Shown: positions 35,671 to 46,100 of the stretch, piece after piece | Layout: every line of letters starts with the position of its first letter | How positions within the stretch are numbered: the first letter of the stretch is position 1 | Assembly: GCA_965240325.2 (NCBI GenBank) | Contig: OZ251230.1 | Span: 1,488,001 to 1,552,000 of the forward strand | Reading direction: 5' to 3' | Length of the DNA: 64,000 bases | DNA from: Rebecca billardiae RCC1528 | Taxonomy: Eukaryota; Protista; Haptophyta | Position numbers and translations under genes: made by a program | Notes under the pieces: generated by a model | What the model saw: the letters and a program-made list of their open reading frames with translations, nothing else | Databases searched by the model: none | What the model was told of the DNA's origin: nothing

Positions 35671-36762
35671 ATGGCAACCGCCGGGGCCGTCGCCGGTGGC
35701 GTTATTGGCGGCGTGCTGGGTGGCACGCTGATCGCCATCGCGTTCATCTACGTGACAGGTTGGGCGCCTCGATGGGTGCTCAGCCTCGAAGCCCGGCTCT
35801 TCCGCGTGTTCAAGAAGCGCAAGCGCTGGAGCTGGACGGCCGTTGAGGATGGCGTGTTCCTGGGCAGCCTGCCTCGCTGGCCAGAGCATCTGGCCGAGCT
35901 GCGCGCGCGGGGGGTGCGGGCGGTGCTCTCGCTCAACGAGAGCTGGGAGCTTGCCCTCTCGCCGACCTGCGTGCGCGAGGACTGCGGCATGCTCATGCGC
36001 CAGCTGCCAACACCCGACTTTTTCGCGCCGTCGCAGCGCGACCTCGTCGAAGCCGTCGCCTTCATCCAGAAGAACGTGCAGGCCGGCCGCGGCGTGTACG
36101 TGCACTGCAACGGGGGCAAGGGGCGGAGCACGGTGTGCGTCATCTGCTGGCTCATCTACGCCAAGGGCCTCAGCGCGGACGAGGCGTTCGACCTGATCCG
36201 CAGCCGGCGCAAGATTGCCCACATGAAGGCGCTGTGCGGCGTGCGCACGCAGTGGCGCGCCATCCGCAGGTTCGAGCGAGAGGTGGCGCATGTGCGCACC
36301 GAGGTGGGCGTGGCGCTCTCGGACGCGGTACCTTTCACTCCTCGCGGAGCACCCGTGGCGCGCGCCGCAGCCACCCACGGCAAGGGCTCGCGCGTGCTGC
36401 CTGTCGAGACGTTGGCCGCTGCAACGGAGCGGCCACCTCCGCCGCCGCCGCCGGCCGCCGCCGCGTCATCCGGCGCCGAGATGGACACGGCCCAACCCCC
36501 GCCGTTGCCGCTCAACACGGCGTGCGCCGGGCGGTCGGGCAGCGCGGCGGCACTACCGCCGCTCGGACACACGCCAGCGGCCCCGCCTCCCCAAGCCGGC
36601 GGTCGCTCGGGCCACAGTCCGAGGCGCGCCTCGCCGCCAGAATCAGCGTCGCGCGCCGCGAGTAGCAGCGGTGCTAGCTGCACCGGCGGCGCGCCCCCGA
36701 TCGCGACATCAAGCGCGCCGCCGCCGCCGGGTTGTGCAGCTGCTGTGAAGGTTTCTGCTTGA
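35671..36762 (+). CDS. Dual-specificity/phosphatidylglycerophosphatase-like phosphatase (PTPMT1-like) with N-terminal TM segment
   Basis: VYVHCNGGKGRST CX5R loop; LPTPDFFAPS general-acid loop. Confidence 0.88.
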   Translation: MATAGAVAGGVIGGVLGGTLIAIAFIYVTGWAPRWVLSLEARLFRVFKKRKRWSWTAVEDGVFLGSLPRWPEHLAELRARGVRAVLSLNESWELALSPTCVREDCGMLMRQLPTPDFFAPSQRDLVEAVAFIQKNVQAGRGVYVHCNGGKGRSTVCVICWLIYAKGLSADEAFDLIRSRRKIAHMKALCGVRTQWRAIRRFEREVAHVRTEVGVALSDAVPFTPRGAPVARAAATHGKGSRVLPVETLAAATERPPPPPPPAAAASSGAEMDTAQPPPLPLNTACAGRSGSAAALPPLGHTPAAPPPQAGGRSGHSPRRASPPESASRAASSSGASCTGGAPPIATSSAPPPPGCAAAVKVSA

Positions 36763-36871
36763 GCACAGCAGTGCTAAACGTTCCGTGCATGACACCGCGT
36801 ACAGTGCCTATACTCAGCCCTACTCGCGTGCGCCAGCATGAATTCGTCACTACTATCATGATGATGTCGGC

Positions 36872-36927
36872 ATATATATATATATATTAACGACGTGGTA
36901 TGCAACGGGCAGGCCGGCGTCTAGAGT

Positions 36928-36967
<40 letters not shown>

Positions 36968-36985
36968 TTATTTATTTATTTATTG
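36872..36985. repeat. (TA)n and (TTTA)n microsatellites interrupted by a short insert
   Basis: Directly visible. Confidence 0.9.
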
Positions 36986-37175
36986 CATGCTGCCCGCACT
37001 GCAATCTGCATGACGATCGGATGCTGATCGGTGATGGCGGCCAGCCGGAATACTGAATATGAACATGCGTCGATCAGCCGAGCAAGCTTGCGCCGCTCAA
37101 GCTGAATGAGTGAATCACCAGCACAGCTCGCTGACGCGGGACATCGGCACTATCAGCATGTCGCGCGCGGCTCAC

Positions 37176-40100
37176 TCAGGGGCCGCCATTCGCCGGCTCT
37201 TGCGGCTTGATGGTGGTGAGCACGGTCTGCGCGCCTTCCGCGCGCGCCGCGCCTTCGGCCGAGCTCGGTCCGTTGGGCGCGGCTGCGACGGGCGGTGCGC
37301 CCGCGCCCTTGGCGGGCCCCGTCGTGTCGTCCAGGTAGAGCGATGCGGCGAAGACGATGTCGCGCCTGAGCAGCGCCGCGCCGCGCGTGCACTTGTCCTC
37401 GAGCTCCGCGTCGCCGATCGCGCGCGCGGACGTGATCAGCTGCCTCAGCAGCTCCTCCAGCCTGTGCAGCATGCGGATGATCGAGCCCTCGTACTGCTTC
37501 GTCATCATCATCAGGTCGACGAAGCGCTTGCCGTGGCACCACTCAAAGGTGAGGTCGACGAGCTGCACGGAGAAGCCCTTCACGTACTCGTCCACGTCGA
37601 TGGGCAGCTTGCTCTCGAGCTTCACCTGCGCGCGCGCACGCACCGTGTATGCGCGCGCACGCGTGCGTGCGTGCGTGTGTACGCGCGTGCGTGCGCATAC
37701 ACAGCCGCAAGCGGCGACGGGCCAGGCGCGTGTGTGTGTGGCCGCGGCGCGCAGGAGGGCGGCGTGAGCTGCGCGCGGCGCGGCGGGCTGACGAGGGTCT
37801 TGAGGGCGCGGCGCGGCGCGGCGCGGGCGCGGGCGGCGCGCGGCGCGCACCTGCCCCACGCGCCGCGCGAGGTTCTGCAGGGCCTCCACCGGCGCCTTCA
37901 TCGCCGGCGTGGTCACCTTGGCGTCGTCCGAGTCGGCCGAGCGCTCGACTGCGACGAGGCACGACATCAGGCTGACGATCTGCTCGGCGCTCAGCTCGGT
38001 GAGCGTGCCGGTGAAGAGCAGCTCGGTCACCATCAGCTCGTCGGCGGTGGACACCTCGCACGCCACGCGCCCCTTCAGCTCGATCACGTTGTCCGCGTTC
38101 GTGTGCCCCAACCGGCGCAGCACGCGCTTCATGCACTGCGCGCCGAGCGCGCCGCACGCGGCGGCGCGACGGTTGGCAGGCGCGCGCCGGGGCGCGCGCG
38201 CAGCGCTCACGGCGCAGGGCGGTGGCTCGCGCAGCCGCGGCCGCTCCGAGCCGTCGACCCCCCCGCGCGCGCCGCACCTTGAGCTGCTCCGTCATCGAGC
38301 TCTCCTTCGACTCCTTGAGCCGGGCGGCGAGCGCCGCGCGCCGCGCCGTGAGCTCGGCGATGCGCGCGTGCGCGCCCAGTGCCGCGCTGTCGAGCCGGTT
38401 GAAGCTGCGCGCGGCGCGAAGGCGGGGTCCGTTCACGCGGTGGCAGCGCGAGTGAGCGCGGGGGCTGGGCCGGCGTGCGCCGTGCTCCAGCGCGGCGTGG
38501 CGCGGCCCCGCGCTCCCGGCGGCTACGAGCCCTCGCCGCCGCCGCCACTGGACGGCCTCAGCGGCCGCGCAGCAGACGGACGGGCGCGCCCACTGCGACA
38601 CCACTGTGCCCGCGCGCCCACTGCGACACCGCTCCCCTCCGCCCTCCCCCCTCCCTCTCCCCCCGCCCGCGGCGCCCGTCGCAGGGCCCGGGCTCTGCGC
38701 GCGCGCACCGCGTGCTCCGCAGCCGCTCCTCGACGCCCTCGAGCTTGCGGCACAGCTTGAAGTACCGCCCCTCGGCGATGTGCAGGTCGTCTTTGGCGTC
38801 GAGGCTCGGCACGCCGCCGTCGAAGCGGCGCACCACCTCGACGGCCGTCTTGAGCACGGCGCAGCGCGCGTCCGCCGTGCGCACCTCCTTGGGCAGGTGC
38901 ACGCGCACGGACGACAGCTCGTCCAGCTCGTCCAGCCGGACGCGGACGACGACCAGCTCGGCGCGCGCGAGGTAGGCCGCGATGCGCTCGTCCGAGTCGA
39001 CTCCGCCATCGCCGGGCTCGGCGGCGGCTTCGGCGCCCGCCGCCGCCGCCGCGTCCGCGCCGCCCTCGAGCCACAGCTGCTCCGCCGTGGGCAGCGGCAC
39101 CGGCCGCGGCGTGCCGGGCGCGCAGCCGGCCTCGTCGCCCCGCAGCGCGGCCGCGTGCACGGGCACAAGCATGTCGAGTGTGTACAACTCCGCGTCCGCG
39201 CCGCCGGCCTTGGCGCCCGCCGCCCTCCTGCCAGACGGCGGTCCATGGCCGTCGACTATCATGCCCCAGCCCCAGTCGTGCTCGGCGTCGCGCACGCTGG
39301 CCAGCCGGCCGGGCACCTGCAGGGGGGCGGAGCGGCGCGCGCGTGGCGCAGCAGCCGCGCCGCGGGCGGCGCCGCCGCCCCGCGCGCGCGCACGAGCGCG
39401 CAATCAGCGCACGCGCGCGGGCGCGCGCCACCGACCGAGCGGCCGCTTCGCCACAGGGCGCGCTCGTCGCCACGGCGCTCCACGTCCCGGCGCGCTCTCG
39501 GCACGGAACGCTCCGCGGCACGGCGCCCCGGCGCACGGCGCGCACCACAAACGGCCAGACGGTCGCGGGCGCGTTGGCGATGGCGCGCCGCTCGTCTCTG
39601 AGCGAGCGGCGCGCGGAGAGCAACGCCTCACGCTCCGCGCAGAGCTCGAGCGTGTCGTCAGGCTGCGAGGCCCGCAGCGCGGCGACCTCGGCCGCGAGCG
39701 CCTCGCGCTCCGCCTCCATGTCCGGCGCGGCGCGCTGCTGCTGGTACGTGTGGAAGCTCTTGCGCATCAGCATCTGCACGTCGCCCGTCTCGAGCCGCAG
39801 GCAGTTGAGGACCATGTTGTACGACAGCTGGAACGAGGAGGTGAGCGTGTCCGCGCGGCCGGTCACCATCGTGCGCACGCTCGCGGGCTGCACCTTGCGC
39901 TCCATCCGGAAGATCACCACGCCCGTCGCGTCGATCCCGCGCCGCCCCGCGCGGCCTGACATCTGAATGTACTCGCCTGTGCATGGGAGATACACGGGAG
40001 ATACACGGGAGATACACGGGAGATACACGGGAGATACACGGGAGATACACGGGAGATACACGGGAGATACACGGGAGATACACGGGAGATACACGGGAGA

Positions 40101-42658
40101 TACACGGGAGATCGGGCGAGCGCGTGCGGCCGCGGCGGAGCGGGGGCGGCGCGGGCGCGGCGCGCGGCGAGTGCGCGCGGCTCAGCGCGCGCGCGGCGCA
40201 GCGCGGTGCGCGGTGCGCTGCGCGCCCCCGCCCGCGCTCGCGCACGCGCACGCGCCGCCGCGCCGCCACACCGGGCGCCAGCAGCCGGAACTCCTCGCCG
40301 TCGAACTTTCTGCCGTTGGCAAAGACCACGGTGCGGGCGGGCATGTTGAGGCCCATGGCGAAGGTCTCCGTCGCGAAGAGCACCTGCGGCGCGCGGCGTG
40401 GGCGGCAGCGGCGCGAGCCGCGCGGCGCGCGTCGGCAACCGAGCGGGATCACGGACGGCGCCAGCGCGCGCGCGCGCGCGCACACACGACAACGTGGAGT
40501 GGCGCGCCCGGCGCGCGCGCTCGCTCGCGCCTCGGCCGCGCGCGCCGCCCCCGCTGAGGCCCAGGCCTGTCCCGCCCGGCGCGCGCGCGCCGGGCGTGCC
40601 GCCTGCGCTGCGCGCGCGCCTTGATCAGCCCCTCCTGGAACAGCAGCTCGACCACCTCCTTGATCAGCGGCAGCAGCCCGCCGTGGTGGATCCCGACCCC
40701 GCGCCGCAGAATCGGCAGCAGCTTGGCCACCTGCGGAAGCCCCTTGTCGTCTTCGGAGAGCGGCTCGATCGCGTTGGCGAAGATCTCGCCGATCAGCGCC
40801 TTCTCGTCGTCGGTGGTCGTGTCCAGCTTGTCCAGGCCTGCGCCGTGGCGCAGGGCGCGCGCGCGCGTGCCCCACGGCCTGCTGAGCTGCGCGCCCGGCG
40901 CGGCGCGCGCGACGCGGCGCGCGCGCGGCACGCGCGGCGCGGTGCGGCGCGCGCGCGCGGCGCCGCGCGCGGGTCGCTCGAGCGGCGCACCGAGCGCGAG
41001 GGACTCGCACTCGCGCTTCGAGAGCGCGAAGACGATGAGCGGGAAGAGCGAGAGCGCGTGGCCGATCTTGACGATCTTCGCGATGTCCGCCGCCGCCGCC
41101 TGCTGCTCCCGACTGCCCACGCCCTTGCCCGCCTGCGAAGTGTGGGCGCGCAGTCGTTGGCAACCCGCAGGCGCGCGCGGCGGGTGCCGCGCGCCGCTGA
41201 GCGGCGGGGCGCGCGCGCAGCGGCGCGGCCCGGCGTGCGCGCGTGCCCCGCGCGGCGGCCCCCCTCCCCGCCGCGCGCGCGCGCACCTTCGCCTTGACCT
41301 TGTGCTTGTTCGCCGCCTCCTTCCCCTCCGCGCCCGAGACTAGCTCCGCCAGCGCCTTTTCAAAGTTGGCGCTCTTGAACGGGCCCTCCCCCTCGCGCAC
41401 GAGGTGGAGGCCGGAGCCGCCCTCGGCGAAGACGTAGTGCTTGAGCGGCGTGGGGCTGCGCCGCGCCGCGCCGCGCGCCGCGCCGCGCGCGCGAGTCAGG
41501 GGGCCGCGCCGCTCGCGCCGGCGGCGCGCTCAGCCGCAGCCGCGCTCGAGGCCCCCTGCGGCGCGCGCGGCGCGCGGCGCGCGGCGCGAGCGGCGCGCGC
41601 ACCGGTAGTCGGTGTACACGACGTGGCACGGCTGCGTGTGGAGCGACGCGACCCACTGGGCGAACTCGAGCGCGTTCGGGATCGTCGCCGAGAGGAAGAC
41701 GAAGCGCACCTTGGGCGGCACGAGGATCATCGTCTCCTCCCAGACCACGCCCCGCTCCTTGTCGCGCAAGTAGTGCACCTCGTCAAAGATCACCCACGAG
41801 ACCTCGCGCATCACCTCGGAGCCGCGGTAGAGCATGGAGCGCAGGATCTCGGTGGTCATCACGAGGCACTCCGCGCTCGGGTTGATCGTCACGTCGCCCG
41901 TCATCAGCCCCACCGAGCCGAACTCCACGAGCAGCTCGCGGTACTTTTGGTTGGAGAGCGCCTTGATCGGAGACGTGTAGATCACGCGCGCGCCCGCGCG
42001 CAGCGCGGTGGCGATGGCGTACTCGGCGCAGACGGTCTTGCCGGCCGAGGTGTGCGCGGCGACGAGCACCGACTCGTTCCGCTCGATCGCCGCCTGCGGC
42101 GCGGGGCGCAGTGCGCGCGCGCGCGCGCGTGAGCGCGCATGGCGCGGGCCGCTGCGGCCGAGCCCGCGCGCGTGGCGCGCGCGCGCGCACCTTGGCAGCC
42201 TTCTGGAACGGGTCGAGCTCGAACGGGTACTCGCGCGCGGGCTTGCACGGCGGGTGCTCCAGCGTGTAGATCCCCGGGTCGGGCTCGTAATCACCCGGAG
42301 GCAGCGCGACCTCGTGCGTGATCGCTTTGCTCGCCGACGCGTCGGGTGCGACCGCCGAGACGGCGGCGGCGGTGTTCTGCGCGGGCTCAGCCGTGGGCGG
42401 CGCCCCGCCCTGGGCGGGCGAGGGCGCAGGGCCCTTGGCCTCACCGCGCGGGCCCGGCTTGCCGCCGCTCCCACCCCCGCCGCCGCCGCCGCCGCCGCCG
42501 CTGTTGGCGCCGCCATGCGCCGCAGCGCTCGCGCCCGCCTGGCGGGCCTTCTTGCCCGCGGGCCGCTCCGACTTGGCCGCCGGCGGGCGCTTCCCGCCTG
42601 AGGCAGGCGCCGCCTTCGAACCCTCGTCGAACGCGGCGAAGAGCTCGTCGTCCTCCAT
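37176..42658 (-). CDS. MTR4: Exosome RNA helicase MTR4 (Ski2-like), about 10 introns (e.g. 42094-42190, 41456-41602, 39977-40271)
   Basis: [52 protein letters not shown]-terminal [12 protein letters not shown]. Confidence 0.96.
39985..40112. repeat. Perfect 11-bp minisatellite (GGGAGATACAC), about 11.6 copies, in an MTR4 intron
   Basis: Identical units with no spacers. Confidence 0.97.
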
Positions 42659-43135
42659 GCTTCCCCGCGTGCGGAGGGCGGTCCAGGAGCGCGACTACCT
42701 CCGAGCGGCCGGCAGCCACGCGCCCGGGCGTGGCCACCCGGCGCGATGGCGGAAAAAGCATCGTCACAGCAAATGCTGCGCAGCGAAATTCAGCCCGATT
42801 TTCGCCAGCAGAGTTTTGACGCGATGGCATTTATGTTTTTCTTCCGGTCGCCGGATCGAAGCACTTTCGGTGTTGGGTTTGGAGGGCTCTAGCGAGCAGG
42901 TGAAACGTCTTTTGACCAAAGCCACGACGTTCGCAACGGGCGGGTAAAAGCCGTTGCCTGCCGCCGCCCTGCCCTTTTCCCAACCCCACCCGGACGGGTA
43001 AGGTCACCACGATAAGTACTTATTGATAAGATGGTCCATTTTGGGGCCAAACGGTAAAAGATGACCAAGGTTGAAGGTGCGGGGCGCAACGACTTCCGCA
43101 CCAGGACGCAGTGCCTACTCACCCACCTGGCCGAC

Positions 43136-46100
43136 ATGCTGGCCGCGGCGACGCTGCTCGCCGTGATGGCGGGCGCCGCGGTGGACGCGGACTCGCCGCT
43201 CCCGCCGCTCCTCCCGGCGATGACGCTGCACACGCTGCCGCCGCTCGCAACGTCGCCACAACCGCTCTCGTCTTCCGAGCTCGAGCTCGCTCCGGCGCCA
43301 ACCCTGCTCGCTGTGGACACCGCCTTCACGCCCGTGGCCAGCGCCAGCCTGTCGACGAGCGCCGATGGTACCGTGGAGGCAGTGCACATCGGCGAGCTCG
43401 CCGAAGCCGTCGGCATGGTCGGCGCGCACGGGAAGCCGCTCGCCCTCATGTCCGCGCCGTACTCGCTTCTCTCACAACCAATCTTCTCGTTCTCAGCCCT
43501 CGGCTCGTTTGTCGGCTCGTTTGTCGGCTCGTCTGCCGGCTCGTTCGTCGGCTCGTTCGCGGTCTCGTCCGCGTCACCGTTCTCGACGCCCTCGCCGCCG
43601 CCCGCGCCGCCGCCCGCGCCGCCGCCCGCGCCGCCGTCCATGCCGCCGCCGATGCCGCCGATGCCGCCGCCCCTCTTCGCGCGCCCGGTGCTGAGCACGG
43701 TTGCGTTCGACGCGCCGACCGCCTCGTTCGCGGTGCTGCGCTTCGCGGCGGAGACGAACCGCGCGGGGATGAGCGGGATCGGCCCGTGCGCCGCGGTGCT
43801 CGACGCGGCCACCGTCGCGGCGATCCGCGGCGACGCCACCTCCGCGCCCAGCTGCCGCTGGCTCGAGGGCGGCACCGTGCTACTCGCCAGCCTGAACGTG
43901 CGGACCGCGCTTCGGCCGGGCGACACGATCCGCGTGCGCGACGGCGTGCTCGGACCGGCCGGCGTGCCCGCGGGCGCGTGCACGCTCGCGGGCGCGGACG
44001 GCGTCGCGTACGACGTGTGCGCGTCGGGCCAGGCGGCGACGATCGCCGCCGGCGCACCGTGCGTCGGCATCGACGGATCCGAACCGTGCCCCACGCCCGA
44101 GCCCGCCATCCGCGCACCGCCAGTGATCTCAGACTGCGTCGACGCGACGGTGACGCTCGACGCGACTTCGTCGGACCTGGGCGCGCGCGGCGGGATCGGC
44201 CCCGTGCGGTACGAGTGGGGCGTCAACGCCACCGGCTCGGACGCGGCCGCGCAGCTCCTCGCACTTTTCGGCTCGCTGCCGCCGGGCACGGGACGCATCA
44301 CTCTGGGGCCCGCGCAGCTCGCCAACGGCACGCGATTCGTCATCACGCTCTCCGTCGTGTCGTTCCTCGGCGTGCGCTCGGAGCGCGAGGCGGTGGTGAC
44401 GGTGGCGCGCTCGGGGCAGGGCGCGACGCCCACCGCCTCGATCGACGGCCCGGCGCTGCAGCGCGTGCGCTCGGGCTCGCGGCTGCTGCTGCGCGCGCGC
44501 GCCGCGCTCGCGTCCTGCCTCGCGGCCAGCGCCTCAGGGGCTGTAGCTCTCAGCTACCAGTGGGCGCTCGTGCGCGTGGTCGTGACGGCGACGGGCGTGG
44601 GCGTGACGGGCGCCGAGTTCGATCTGGACCTGAGCGCGAGGCGCTCCTCCTCCCTCGCGCTGCCCGCGCGCACCCTGCGCGCCGGCCACACTTACGAGCT
44701 GTCCGTGAGCGTCGCTATGGCAGAGGCGCCGTCCGCGCGCGTCGTGCGCGCCGTGCGCGTGTGGGTGCCGTACGAGCCGCTCGTCGCGACGATCAGCGGC
44801 GGCTCGCGGCGCGCGCGCGCGAGCGAGGCGCTGCGCATCGACGGCTCGGGCTCGTACGACCCGTCCACGCTCTCCGCCGCGCAGCGGGCCGCGGGCGCGC
44901 TCGCGCACGCGTGGACGGTCCGGCGCGTGCTTGACGTCAGCACGGGCGCGCTCGGCGCGCCGCTTGACGGCGCGCTCGGCGCGGCGGGCGTGGCGCTGAA
45001 CGGCTCGGTGCTCGAGCTGCCGCCGAGCGTGCTCGAGCTGGGCAGGTACGCCGTCTTCCTCGGCGTGAGCTCCGCCGCCGGCGCGCGCTCCGCCACCGCG
45101 CGCATCGCCGTCGAGATCGTCGAGGACCCAGTCGCAACGGTCGCGCTCGCGCCGCTGTCGCGCCCGGCCTACAACGCAGACTCGAAGCTCACGCTGCGCA
45201 CCGTCTCGGTGGGGCTGGAGGACGAGTCGGCGCTGAGCGACGCGCTCGCGGCGTCGGGCGCCGCGCCCGCGCCCGGCGCGAACCTCACCGCGCGCGACCT
45301 GCCCTGGCAGTACCGCTGGTCCGCCGCCTCCCTCACGGCCGACGGCGAAGAGGCCGCGCCGGTCGACCTGACCGACCCGAGTGTTTGCTCAACCGGCGCG
45401 CGCAAGCCGAACCTCGGCATCGTCGCGGGCGCGCTGAGCGCGGGCGCGCAGTACCGCTTCGAGCTGATGGTGAGCGCGCCGGCGGTGAGCGCGCAGGTCG
45501 TCTCCGTCGAGCTCGTGCTCAACCGCGCCCCCTTTGGCGGCGTCCTCCTCGTCTCGCCGAGCGCGGGCGTCGCGGGCACGACTCTCTTTGAGCTGGACGC
45601 CGCGGGCTGGACCGAGGACGAGGAGGACCACCTGCCGATCAGCTACGCGTTCGGGCTGACGGCGCTCTCGCGCGTGCCGACGGACGGCTCGGCGCGCCCC
45701 GCGCTCGAGAGCACGCTCGGCGAGCCGCGCCTCGAGAGCCTCGCCGCCGTCTACCTCCCCGCCGGCCGGCACTCCGTGCACGTTCGAGTCTCTGACGTGC
45801 ACGGCGCCACCGCGTTTGCGCGTGCGGACGGCGCCGTGGTCGTCACCGAGCTCGAGGTGGACAGCGGCGCGGTGAGCGACGTGCTCGACCGGATCTCGGT
45901 CGCCTCGGCCACCGGCGAGTCCGACGCCGTCTTCCAGCTCGTGCAGTCCCTCGCCGGCTCGCTCGAGAGCGCGCGCAACACCTCGGACGCCAACGCCACA
46001 CTCGACTCGACCACGGAGAAGGCGGCGCGGCTGCAGATGCTGCGCCAGCTGGCCGCCGCGTCCGAGGGCGCGGACGTGACGGCGACGGCGGTGCGGATGC

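Noticed and set aside
39985-40112. CRISPR-like array
   Set aside because: Units are contiguous identical 11-mers with no spacers; intronic minisatellite in a eukaryote
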